Source: Narcine bancroftii (taxonomy: Eukaryota). Taken from it: a DNA stretch of 64,000 nucleotides. Made by a program: the position numbers and the translations under genes. A model generated the notes under the pieces. It was not told the DNA's origin. It worked only from the letters and a program-made list of their open reading frames with translations, and did no database searches. The stretch spans positions 93,868,001-93,932,000 of the forward strand of contig NC_091478.1 in the NCBI RefSeq assembly GCF_036971445.1, written 5' to 3'. Below, piece by piece: positions 10,730-22,867 of this stretch (within the stretch, counting starts at the first letter, position 1; every line of letters begins with the position of its first letter).

Positions 10730-12412
10730 CCTTGTTGGGAGTGTACTATAGGCCCCATATAGTTGGTGAGAATTAGAGGAGGAGCAAATATGTCAAGAGA
10801 TTGCTACCAGCTATAGGTTAATTAAAGTTGTTATAGAAGGGGATTTTAACTTTCCAAATACTGGCTGGAAAAGGGTTTAGACAGGGCAGAGTTTGTCAAA
10901 TGTGTTCAGGAAAGATTCCTCTGGCAATATGTATCAGGTCCCACATGGGAGAGAGCAATGCTTGATCCAGTCTTGGGAAATTGGGAAGGACAAATGGATG
11001 AAGTGTTTGTGGATGAGCCTTTGGAGATCAATGACCATTTTCCATGAGATTTATATTGACAGAAAGGGCAGGACTAAGATTTAAAATTTGAAATTGGGCA
11101 AGGCTGACTTTAAAAGTACAAGACATTAAATGGAACAGGTTGTTTGAAGGAAGAAGAATGTCAAGAAAATGGGAAGTTTTAAAAGTATGTTGACATGAGT
11201 GAAGGGTCAGACATGCAAGTATAGGGAAACTTGGATAACAGAGGAAATCAGGTTCTGGTCAAGAGCAAAATGGACTCATGGGGCTGGTATAAACAACTGG
11301 AATCAAGTGTATACCTGGAGGAGTTTCAGGAACATAGATCAGCACAATATGGGATGAAGGGCCTGTGTGGTAATGTTCCATGAACTAAGGAACAAGATAA
11401 AAAAGGAAATTAGATGGACAAAAAGGGACAGCTCCAATAGATAACATTAAGAATAATCCCAGGATTGTCTTTGTCGGTGTTTAGGTGGTTTTTGAATGTC
11501 TGTTTTTGTATTTTTATATTTTGGTATTTGTATAATTTAAGGGATGGGGAAGGGAGGGTGCAATGAGGGGGAAAATAAGGACTATGTAAATCATATGTGG
11601 AAAGAGAGTGTAATATTTTTGTTTATTAGATTTCCATAAGTCTCTGGAAAATCAAAAATAAAATATTCAAAAAAAAGGACAATCCCAAGATTTTATGTAC
11701 AGAAAGGAAAATAGGAGAACCAGAGAGAAAAAAAATAATATCCTTCAGGAAACAATGCAGTCAGCACAGTGTGGAGCCATGGGAGATGAACAAGGCTCTC
11801 AATGAGTAATTAAATGTTTTTACTGTGGAGAAAGACATGAGGACTGGGGAACTTGGGATGGTCAATGGTAATGTCTTGAGAGGAGTTGATATATCAGTGG
11901 AGAAGGTCCTAAAGGTCCTGATGCACATGAAGGTAGACAAATCCAAGTATTCTGTGGGAAACTAGATAGGAAATTGCAGATGCCCTGGCTAAGTACAGGT
12001 GAGGGGCCAGAAGATGTGAGGGTGGCAAATGTTGTGCCTCTATTCAAGAAAAGCTTCAGGAAAAGGTCTGGGAACTACAGGCCAGTGAGCCTAACATCTG
12101 TGATCAGTAAGATACTAGAGAGTATTCTGAGGGAAAAGATACACATGCATTTAGATGGACAAAGTGGACAAAGATTGATTTGGGGTGGTCAGCACGGTTT
12201 TGTAATGGGAGATCATGTCTCACAAATCGGATGGGAGTTTTTTGAAGATGTGACCAAGAAAGTTGACAAAGGCAGAGATGCACATGTTGTATATTTGGAT
12301 TTCAGCAAGGTGTTGAAGGTTAGATTGTATGGGATCCAAGGGGATATAAAAGATTGGATAGAAAATTGGCTTCATGGAAGAAAGCAGAGGGTGATATTGG
12401 AAGCATGTAATT
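10730..12412 (+). mobile_element. Decayed CR1 LINE ORF2
   Basis: ANVVPLFKK...GNYRPVSLTSVISKILESIL, QHGF, VVYLDFSK, WIENWL. Confidence 0.85.
11467..11675 (+). mobile_element. Short L1 3'UTR insertion within a CR1
   Basis: T-rich/G-tract 3'UTR, AATAAA plus A-tail, imperfect flanking repeat AAGAATAATCCCAGGATT / AAGGACAATCCCAAGATT. Confidence 0.6.
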
Positions 12413-12586
12413 AACAACAATTAATAATGAAAATATAGCAAAAATCATGATTGGGAATGGAGAGCAAAAGGGGCATGGTGTGTTTCAATACTCACAGGAG
12501 TCGGGACACTTTCTCTGCCTCACCACTGCTCCTCCACTGTTGGACTTAACAGGTTGAGGGAGTTCAAACACTGATTTGGTACTAAC

Positions 12587-12688
12587 CTGAACATCGCCCC
12601 CCACTCCCCCAACACTAGGGTCTCCATCCAGGATCCTCACCATCTCTGCAGTGCAATCAGGATCTAGAACAGTATCTGAATCGCACAC
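12587..12688 (-). CDS. HAS3: Hyaluronan synthase 3, middle coding exon (34 aa)
   Basis: [34 protein letters not shown] (DSD motif); TAG acceptor, CAG|GTTAGT donor. Confidence 0.96.
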
Positions 12689-13129
12689 CTAAGGAGAAAG
12701 AGATAAATGTGTAGTCAAAGCCAGTTTGGTTCATTCAAAACAGATACTTTCTGGATATAAAGGAAATTAAAACCAGGATAGTGCTGATAAATGACTCCAA
12801 AGTCAAAGTTCAGTCAACTCCACATCCCAACACATCATCTTCCCATTTACGTGAAAACTCTGCAATCCTGCCCCTTAAACATAGCCCAGCACAGAAACAG
12901 GACTTTTGGCCCATGATGTCTGCGCCAACCACAATGCCAAATTAAACTACTGTAATTCCATCTGCCAAATATGGTCCAAAGTCCTCATCGTCAATGGGTT
13001 TGTCTAAATGATCTTAAACCTTGCTGTCATAGCTTCTTCCACCACATACCTGGCAGCACATTTCCAGGCACTGATCATGGCATAAAACTTGCCTCGGATA
13101 ACTCCTTTAAATTTAATTTAATTTTTAAT

Positions 13130-13340
13130 TTAGAGACACAGCACAATAGCTGGCCCTTCCAGCCCATGAGTCCATGCTGCCCAAATATCCCAATTAATCT
13201 ACAACCCCCCCCCCCATACATTTTGAATGGTGGGAGGAAACTGGAGTGCACCCAGAGGAAACCCATGCAGACACGGGGAGACAGAGTCCGAGCCGGATTG
13301 GAACTGGTGCTGTTATAGCAATGCTAACTGGTGCAACCAT
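13130..13340 (-). mobile_element. V-SINE-like SINE
   Basis: Reverse-complement core GGAAACCCATGCAGACACGGGGAG. Confidence 0.7.
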
Positions 13341-13396
13341 AACTTTCTCCTTCTCACCTTAAATCTATTCTGTCTTATATTTGACATTTCTACCAA

Positions 13397-14735
13397 ATGA
13401 CTGGAATTAACGAGTCAGAATCCAGGATGCAGATCAAGAACCTGGTTGGGTGGTGCCAAAACAATAATCTTGCTCTCAAAATCACAAAGACCAAGGAACT
13501 TATTGCTGATTTTAGGAAGGAGAGGTTAAGTGACTACATCACTGTCTGCATTGGTCAACCTTCAAGTTCCTGGAGGTTCATATTTCAGAAGACATGAAGA
13601 AGGCACACCAATGCCTCTATTTCAAAAGAAGTCTGAGGAGATTTGGTATGTAGTTGAATCTACAGATGCAATGTGGAAAGTATACTGACTGGTTGCATCA
13701 TGTCCCGGTTTGGTAACTGGAATGGTCAGAAATACAAAAGGCTGCAGAAGGTACCAATCATAGCCAGGTCTACAATGGGCTCTGACCTCCCATCCATTGA
13801 AGAAACCTACAGTGCTCTCCATAACATTTGGGACAAAGACATTTTTCCCCTTATTTGCCCTTGTGCTCCACAGTTTGAAATTTGTAATCAAACAATGCAT
13901 GTAATTAAAGTGCACATTCCATACTTTGTTCAAGGTTATTTGTATGGATTTTGGTTTTGCCATGTAAAAATTATGGTCCTCTCATTTCACGGCACCATAA
14001 TGTTTGGGACATTTGGCTTCACAGGTGTTCATCAAGTCTCTGGAGGCAGTAGTCATTTGACACATCCACACCTGCCTCCTGAAGAGTGTTTCTGATCTGT
14101 CAGACATACCTTTGAGGATTTTTCTTCATTATGATGAGAATTCTTCCGTCATCAGCAGTGGAGGGTCTTCCTTGGACGACCAGCCCCTTTGTGATGACTG
14201 AGCTCACCTGTACGTTTTTTCTTCTTAATGATGTTCCAAACTGTTGATTTTGGTAATAAGGTTTGCAAGTTGTCTCTTCCTGTTTTATTCTTGATTTTCA
14301 GCCCCATTAATGGCTTATTTGACTTTAATTGGCACAACTCTGGTCCTCATGTTGAAAAATGGCAACTACATACTCCAAAGCTTAAAACCTTGCTCTTATA
14401 CCTGCACCAATGAAGCAATTTCTGTGAGGGGCCCTGGACAAAATGGCAACTCTCTATCTTCCTTACAGTAGACAACGTTAAAGAATTTCATGTGTGTTAC
14501 ACTCTAAAGCTCGTATTACATGACAATAATGGAACCTTTACCTTTAAACATACCCGAGTACTCACACAACACCTGTGACGCCAATTGTCCCAAACATTTT
14601 GGTGCCCTGAATTATGGAGGGCACTGTATATGAGGCACTGCCTCAGGAATGTAGTCAAGGACCCCAACAACCCTGGTCATAACCTCTTCTCACTGCCTTT
14701 GGGTACTTTTGGGAAGCAGGTACAGAAGCCATAAG
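13397..14735 (+). mobile_element. Rex1/Babar-like LINE RT C-terminal fragment, split by the Tc1
   Basis: WCQNNNLALKITKTKELIADFRK; ESILTGCI...LQKV...LPSIEETY, resuming after 14628. Confidence 0.7.
13810..14626 (-). mobile_element. Internally deleted Tc1/mariner DNA transposon
   Basis: TA-flanked TIRs CAGTGCTCTCCATAA / TTATGGAGGGCACTG; minus-strand paired-like N-terminus KSTVWNIIKKKKRTGELSHHKGAGRPRKT (GRPR motif). Confidence 0.85.
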
Positions 14736-15514
14736 GTTTGCCCACTCACTCAACCTGAGTAAATCATTTTGAAACCTCTGCATGTTCATCCCATCCCCAG
14801 TGTTATTTTGGTCAGTTCTAAATGACTGCAAGCTTTTTTTAAAATCTCCTTGAATTTTAAACTGAATGTAGTTAGCTTTTTGTTTTTAATCTTGCTGCAA
14901 TTTGCTTTCCTACCAATTTCGGGAAGTATTGGAGATTTCAGTTACTGAAGTTCCGGCTCTCGCCAGCAGATGGTGATGCTACATCACTGTCATTCCCCAG
15001 TTCCTCTGAAGAAGTCGCCCACCAGCTGCCTGAGACCACTATTGACCTGATTGTAACCTCAACTCTACATTCAGATCATCGCTTCACAAATGTTTAAAGA
15101 TTCTGCCCTTTGAGGAAGTGAGTTCCAAAAATTTATACCTCTGAGACAAAGAAACATTTTATTTAAACCTCCAGTTTTAGATTCTTCCAGAAAAGAATCA
15201 ACCCTGACAAAAGCTCTTGGATCTAAGATGCTTCAATCAAATCTTCTTCCATTCTCTGAGAGGTCAGCAGATTATAAACCTGCTCTAGCCATTCTTTCTT
15301 TTAAAGACATCCCTTCCATTCCTACTGTGAGCCTGGTGACCCTCTGAACTACTTCCAATGCATTAATACCCTTTGTCCAGCGTAGAGACCAATATTGTAC
15401 AACGTATTCCTGACGTGATCTCACCAAACATAACTTTCCTGGTTTGGTTTTCAATTTCTGTCACAATGTTCTGTCACTTTGTTAACTCTCCTACTTACTT
15501 ACTCCAAATTCGGT

Positions 15515-15690
15515 GAAACAAGAAAGACTGCAGACGCTGTGATTGTAGTTAACACATAAAAGTGCTGGAGAAATTCCGCAGGTCCCACAGCATCCACAGG
15601 AGGCAAAGATATATCACCAAGTTTCGGACCTGGACCCTTGATGCTGCAGGACCTGCGGAGTTTCTCCAGCACTTTTGTGTATATACTAAC
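15515..15690. repeat. Short palindromic interspersed repeat; related copies at ~29010-29220 and ~63940
   Basis: AAAAGTGCTGGAGAAATTCCGCAGGTCC ... GGACCTGCGGAGTTTCTCCAGCACTTTT inverted arms. Confidence 0.65.
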
Positions 15691-16001
15691 TCCACTTTGC
15701 AAATCAAGTGGCAAAAATTCGTGATACCAGTGTGACTAAATGCCTTTGCTCTGTAACCTTGTGACTAGGAGTCACTTAAAATTATGTCCAGCTGACAGCT
15801 GCATAGTTGACTGATGATTGCAGTGGGCAGGTGTTTGATGAGAACCTTGCTGTTGAATGGCTTGGGGCACGATCAGGTGGGTGTTGTTTGAAGACTTTCC
15901 AACAAGACCAGTGAGTCAGACGGGTAAAACCTACTAAGATTAATAAAAAAATAACTGCTGGAGGAAAAGCAGCTGACCAAAAGGGGTCAATATATTGGCA
16001 G

Positions 16002-17272
16002 CTAGGTTTGGTACAGCCGTCGGATGCGGTTTAAACTAATTTGGCAGGGGGGTGGGAACCTGTATGATAGGGCAAAGGACAGGAAAGATAAAATAGGAAA
16101 AGTTAGGTTAGGCAGCGAAAGTAAAAAATCAGAAAGAGCAAGGAGGGTGAAAAAAGCAAATCTGAAGGCTTTATATCTGAATGCAAGAAGCATTCGGAAC
16201 AAGGTAGATGAATTGGCTGTGGAAATTGAGACAAACAAATATGATTTGATTGGGATTACAGAAACATGGCTGCAAGGTGGGCAAGCCCAGGAACTTAACA
16301 TCTGGGGGTATACAATATTTAGGAGGGATCGGCGAGAAAGAAAAGGGAGTGGGGTAGTATTGATGGTGAGAGAAGGGACCAACACAATTGACAGGAAGGA
16401 TATTAACTCGGAAGATGCGAAATCTATATGGGTAGAACTGAGGAATAGCAAAGGGCGGAAAAAGTTAGTGGGGGTGGTATATCGGCCTCCAAATAGTAAT
16501 GCAGAGGTGAGGGAAGGCATAAAAAGAGAAGTTAGAGAAGCGTGCAATAAGGGAACAGCTGTCATCATGGGAGACTTTAATTTGCATATAGATTGGACTA
16601 GCCAAATTAGTAAAAATACTGAGGAGGAGGAATTCCTTGAATGTTGACAGGACAGTTATATGTCCAATATGTCAAGGAACCAACTCGGGAGCAGGCCATT
16701 TTAGACTGGGTATTATGCAATGAAAAGGGGCTAATCAGCAATCTTGTTGTGCGAGGCCCTTTGGGTCGGAGCGATCACAATATGATCGAATTCTCACTCG
16801 ACATGGAGAGTGAAGAAATTAAAACCGAGACTAAGGTCCTGAATTTAAATAAAGGGAATTATGTTGATATGAGACGGGAGTTGAGTAAGATTGATTGGGT
16901 GGTGTTTATGGGGGGGTTGACGGTGGATAGACAATGGAAAACATTCACAGATCTAATAGAAGAATTGCAGAAATCGTTTATACCGGTTTGGCATAAAAAT
17001 AAACCATTTAGGACCGAGATGAGGAGGAATTTCTTTACCCAGAGGGTGGTGAATCTGTGGAATTCATTGCCACAGAGGGCAGTTGAGGCAGGTTCATTGA
17101 ATATATTTAAGAGGGAATTAGATATATTTCTTCAGTATAAGGGAATTAGGGGTTACGGAGAGAAGGTGGGGACGGGGTACTGAACTTTAAGATCAGCCGT
17201 GATCTCATTGAATGGCGGAGCAGGCTCGAAGGGCCAAATGACCTACACCTGCTCCTATCTTCTATGTTTCTA
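16002..17272 (+). mobile_element. Low-divergence CR1 LINE with the endonuclease joined to the 3' terminus (RT missing)
   Basis: YLNARSIRNK, IGITETWL, GVVYRPP, MGDFN, LDWVLCN, SDHN endonuclease motifs, then PFRTEMRRNFFTQRVVNLWNSLP, 3'UTR and TCTATGTT-like tail. Confidence 0.88.
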
Positions 17273-18260
17273 TACCCCTGTTGAGACCTCTCAAAATGCA
17301 ACACCTCACATTTCTCCGTATTAAATTCCATCACTGCTCTTCTGCCCACCTACGCACCCAATCAAGATCCTGCTGCAAAGTTTGGCAACTGTCTTTGCTG
17401 TCTACAATAACTAACACTTCAGTGCCATCTGCAAACCTGCTCCTAATACCATGTATATTTTCATCTAAATCATTGATTGAGATAACAAACAGCAATGGGC
17501 CCAGCACCAAACCCTGTGGCATACCACTAGCTACAGGTCTCCAGTCCGCAGAGCTCTCAAAGGTATTGATGTGCTGAGGGACCTAGGGGTTATTAAATAG
17601 GGTGGTACAGAAAGCGTATGGTATTCTTAGCTTTATCGGTCGTGGCTTGTAGTATGAAGTCATGTGGCAGCACTATAAAACTTTGGTCAGGTCACGTGTA
17701 GTGCAGTTCTGGTCACCCCTTTACAGGAAGAATGTGGAGGCTTTGGAAAGGGTACAGAAGAGATTTATCAGGATGCTGTCTGGATTGGAGGCAAAGAGGC
17801 TGAACAAACTTGAGTAGTTTCCTCAAGAAAGGGGACGGCTGGCAGGGAAAACTGATATGTTTATAATGAGAGTAGACAGAATCTTTTACGCAGGGTAAAA
17901 ATGTCACATACTGGTATGCACGTATTTAAATTGTGGGGGAGAGCTTAAACCAGAAGTGAGGGGCAAGTTTTATTTTACTCAGAAAGAGGTAGGTGCCCGG
18001 AATGGGCTGCCATGAGGAGTGGTAGAAGATATGTCAGTAGTGTTTAAGAGGCATCTTGATAGATAAATGACTATGCAGGGGATAAGGGGTGCATATTATG
18101 TGTAGACAACAAAGATTTAGTTTAATTTGGGCATAATGTTCAGCAAAGACACCACTGTTGGTTTCTGTTACCATCCCCACACCTTTAAGATCAGTGCTGG
18201 TTTTAGGTAACCTGTGTCCTTCCCTGTGCTTGTTCCTTGGACCCGGAGCCATTCACTCAC

Positions 18261-18884
18261 CTGGATATAATCCACGGAGTCTCCCAGGGCAGCAAAGGCT
18301 GTGTACATCACCTCCCGTTTCCCTCCCCACATCTGCATGATGCAGGAGAAGGTCGACTGGCTGACAACCTGCTGCACCCTGCTCTTGCCCTCGCCGTGGG
18401 TGAGATCTGTTTCTTCAGGACCTTTCTGGTGATAGTTGCTCTGCCAGACATATGAGCCGGTCTTCTCCACCCCCATCAGCTCATTGAATATTTCCATCAT
18501 GTAAACATCTTCCTGCTGGTTGCCATCAATGACCATCACCACCTTAAGGTTGGGGTAGGCAATGCGTTTCACTGACAACAGGCACTTCCTCAGGTATTCT
18601 GGGTCTTCCTGGTATGCAGCAATACAGAGAGCAACTGACTTGGTGAATTTGAGGGGTCTGTTCTCCTTCCTGACTCTCCGGTGCTCCAGGAAAGCAAATA
18701 AACTTTGGATTAAGAGGTGCAGAGTGAGGAAGGCCCCATACAGCCCAAAGGACAAGTGGTAATTCTCTGTGTAGCCAAACTGATAACCTTTCACGTAAGT
18801 GCATGTAATGGCCCCCAGGACGGACAAGGCAAACAAAGTGCTTGCTGCAATCCGAACAGCAGTCCAAAGCTGCTTACCAGGCAT
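18261..18884 (-). CDS. HAS3: Hyaluronan synthase 3, first coding exon (total protein 551 aa)
   Basis: MPGKQLWTAVRI...CIAAYQEDPEYLRKCL...VMVIDGN...WGGKREVMYTAF...VDYIQ|GTGAGT; an acceptor 3 nt upstream of the ATG implies a non-coding exon 1; synteny supports HAS3 over HAS2. Confidence 0.95.
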
Positions 18885-20469
18885 TTTCTGGAAAGGAAGT
18901 AGAATTGGAATTTAAGAAGTTAGGAGATTAATTTTAGAGTCACAGAGCTCTACAGAATGTAAACAGATCCTTCAGTCAATTCACCTTGCTGACCAAAGTC
19001 AACCCAAGGTTGTTCCATTTGCTTATATAATCCCTCTGAATCTATCCCATAGATTTTAAATGTTACAGTTGTCCCCACTTCTCCCACTTCCTCTGGCAGC
19101 TCACCCCATACTCCCACCACTTCCTAAGGGAAGAAGATGCTCCTCAGGTCCTCTTTCAATTTTTCCCCATCTCACCTGAAACCTATATGGGAGAATAGAC
19201 TGACTATTTACCCTTCCTATACCCTTGTGATTTGATAAATCTTGTGTTCCTCCTCAAACTCCTACACTTCAGGGAGAAAAGTTCCAGCCTTCCTTTGTAA
19301 TTCACCTCACCATTTTCAGTAACATTGAATCTTTCCTGCAGCCTTTCCCATTTAATTAAATCTTTCCTACAACTGCTCGACCAAAAATATTCCAAGAGTA
19401 GTCTCATCAACAGTGATAATATGACGTCCCTGCTCCTGCACTCATTGCATTGTTCCATGAAGACTAGTGTGCCAAACACCTTCTAAACCATCCTATCTAC
19501 CTGTGCTGTCACTTTTAAGGAACAATGTCCATAATCTCTGTTCTACCACACTCTCCAGAACCCTACCTTGTGCTGTGTATATCCTAGTTTGACTTACCAA
19601 GTTTCAACAGCTCAAACTGGTCCAAGTTTAAAAATTACAAAAAGCAGAACCTAAAAAGATTTTAATCTCAGGATTACTTGCTGTACCAGTGAGATCAGAT
19701 GAAAGAGCGGCTGAAGAGATGGTGCAGGAAGGATTTAGATTCCCTTAACACTGGGACAGCGCCAGGAAAAGTGTGGGATACCTTACACCCAAGCACAACA
19801 GGGATTTAACATGGTGGCTGGACCTAATTTACATAAAAATTGCAGAGGCTGGGAACTAAACCAGGGTGACTAGGAAGGGAGGAGCAAGGACAAAAATGAA
19901 AACAAGAACAGTAAAATGGAAAAAACTGAAGATGGGAAAATCAAGGGCAAGGCCAAAAAATACAAGACAATTAAAAATGGTAATAAGGCAAGCAAAATAC
20001 TCTAAATCTTAATGCACAAAGCATTTGTGGATAAACCAACAGCAAAAACATTGGTGACCCTGATGCTGTTACAAAGAGATGATTGCAGGGTGATCAAACC
20101 TGGCAAGTTATTATTATTCAATGATATTTAACTTCTAGGAAGCACAGGCAGAAGGGGTAGCACTCTTCATTAGAGAAAATAAAATACAGTTGTGACAAAC
20201 AGGTCTGAAGGATGTTCAGTCTATTTGGCTGCAGTTTAAACTCATTAAGGGGAAGAAAACAGAAAAATGCTGGAAACACTGAACAAGTCAGGTGACCCTT
20301 CATCAGAAGTGGAAAAGAAAAAAAATTAGATTGTTTTTTCAGTAGCAGGGAAGACAGGCTGAGGGGGAACAAAAAAATTCTCTGATAGGATGAGATTGGA
20401 AGAGTCAATGTGGCAGTTAAGGGACAGTTACAATCAGGTTTAGGTTCCTTATGTAGTGTGTTTCTAATA

Positions 20470-21990
20470 GACCGCTACAACACAGAAAACAGGCCATTCA
20501 GCCCTTCTAGTCTGTGCCAACCATTATTCCACTAGTCCCATTGACCTGCTCCCATCCATAACCCTCCAGGACTCTCCCAAACATGTATTGATCTAATTTA
20601 TTCTTAAAAGATCAAGCCTGCACATCAGATGGCAGCTCATTCCATATTCCCACCACTCTCTGAGTGAAGAACTTTCCCCTTCTAGATTATTTTTCATTTT
20701 TATCTTCCCCAATCGAAGTGGGAAAAGCCTACTTCATCCACTTTGCCTATTACCTCTCATAATCTTGTAAACCTCTTTCAAATCTCCACTCATTCTTCTA
20801 TGGTCCAAGGAATAAAGTCTTAGCCTGTTTAATCTTTCCCTGAAACTCAACTTCTGAAGACCTGGCAACATTCTAATACATCTTCTCTGCCCTCTTTCAA
20901 TCTTATTGATATCTTTCCTGTAGTTCGGTGACCAGAACTACATACAACATTCCAAATTTGGCCTCACCAATGTCTTAAACAACTTCCACATAACATCCCA
21001 ACTCCTATACACAATACTTTGATTTATAAAGGCTAAGATACCTAATGGCAAAGTTATAGGATGCACCAAGTTGACCAGATTGTCAAAAAAGGGCCAGATT
21101 CATGAGAATGTAACTGGACTGGAGGACTTGAATGATAGAATATAGAACATCCTTCCCTACCTGATAACCTATTAGCCCTCCTTTTTCTACATTCATGTGC
21201 CATTCTTATAGTCTTTTAAATATCCCTATTGCACCAGCGTCCACCACCACCTTCGACAATGCATTCCAGGCACCCATCACTCTCTATGTAAAATACATAA
21301 CTCTGATGTCCCCCCTAAACATTCCTCCACTCACCTTGAACATATGTCCTCTGGTATTGGCCAATGCTGTCCTGGGAAAACATGCTCCCTGCCCACTCTA
21401 TGCCTCTTGTAATCTAATTAAGTAGCCACTCATCTTTCATCACTCCAAAGAGAAAATCTCTAGCTCAATCAACCCTGCTTCATGAGACACGTTCTCCATT
21501 CGAGGCAACATCCTAGTGAATTTCCTCTACACCCTCTCCAAAGCTTTCACATCCTTCCTATAATGAGATTACCAAAACTGAACACATTACTCCAAGTGTG
21601 GTCTAACAAGAGTTTTATACAGCTGCAACATTACCTCTTGACTCCTGAACTCAGTTCCCCAACTTATGAGGGCAAACACACCATATAACTTCTTAACCAC
21701 CCTATTAACTTGTGCAGCAACCTTGATGGACCCAAAGATCCCTCTGCTCATTCACACTTAAGAACCCTGCTATTGACCACATGCTCTCTTTTCAAGTTCA
21801 ACCTTCCAAAGTTCATCACTTCATATTTTCCCCAGATTGAACTCCATCTGTCATTTCTCTACCCAACTCTGCATCCTGTTTATATCCTATTGTAATCCAT
21901 GACAACCTTCCACTACACCTCCAACCTCATGTTGTTTTGCAAACCTCCACATATTCATCCAAGTCATTTATAAAAATCATAAAGAGCTGG
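20470..21990 (-). mobile_element. Tandem decayed CR1 3' fragments
   Basis: Reverse-complement CR1 3' ends (CAGGCC...TCAGCCC, GACCAGAACT...AATTTGGCCTCACC). Confidence 0.7.
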
Positions 21991-22190
21991 AGTCCCAGAA
22001 TACTTGGCAGGTGTTGGATCTCTCAGTGGGCAAACATTTCGGAGAAAGTGGTGACAACTCTCTTGCCTTTACCATAGTGCTGGAGAAGGACAGGATTAGA
22101 CAAGTTAGGTAAAACATTAATTGGGGTAGGGGATATGATATTATTAGGTAGGGGCTTGGGAGCAGATGGCAGAAATGTGGCAAAATTAGT

Positions 22191-22380
22191 GGGCAGCACG
22201 GTTAGCACAGCACTGTTACAGCGCCAGTGACCCAGGTTCAAACCACATTCTCTTAATGAGTTTGTATGTTCTCCCTGTGTCTGCGTGGGTTTCCCTGGGG
22301 GTTCTGGTTTCCTCTCACTGGAAAAACATGCCGGGGTTGTAGGTAATTTGGATGTAATTGGGCGGCACTGGCTCTCTGCA
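22191..22380 (+). mobile_element. tRNA-derived SINE (V-SINE-like)
   Basis: tRNA-like head with GGTTCAAA B-box and V-domain-like core GTTTGTATGTTCTCCCTGTGTCTGCGTGGGTTTCC. Confidence 0.75.
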
Positions 22381-22867
22381 CAAATATATTCCATTGAGTC
22401 AGAGAAAGGATGGTAAGATTAAATAATCATTGTGTACAATGGATGTAGAAAATCTAGTTAAGAAGAAAATAAATGTTTACAAGAGGTTTAAATTTAAATT
22501 TATTTACATTTAACATTTTTTTTTAGACATACAGCACAGTATTTAAAGGTTGAAGAACATGGAAACTAATAGAGGTTGAGAATTTTTAATAGAGAATTAC
22601 ATTGCAAGGAAATAGCATAAGAAATGATTTAGCAGCGATAGAAGGGGCCAAGAGAAGACCATGGCAAACAAGATAAAGGCATTCTTTGTGTGTGAAGAAC
22701 AAGACGATGAGTTGTGTGAGGTTAGGACCTATTAGTTGGAGAAGGTAATGGGCCTTAATGAATACTTTGCTTCAGTATTCACCGGAGAAAAAGATCTTCG
22801 CAATTGTGACAATGACTTAAAGTGGACTGAAATGTTTGAGCATGTTGACATTAAGAAAGAGGATGTG

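Noticed and set aside
10644-10730. N-terminal extension of the 338-aa HAS ORF as a standalone gene
   Set aside because: Intronic read-through upstream of the true acceptor at 10643
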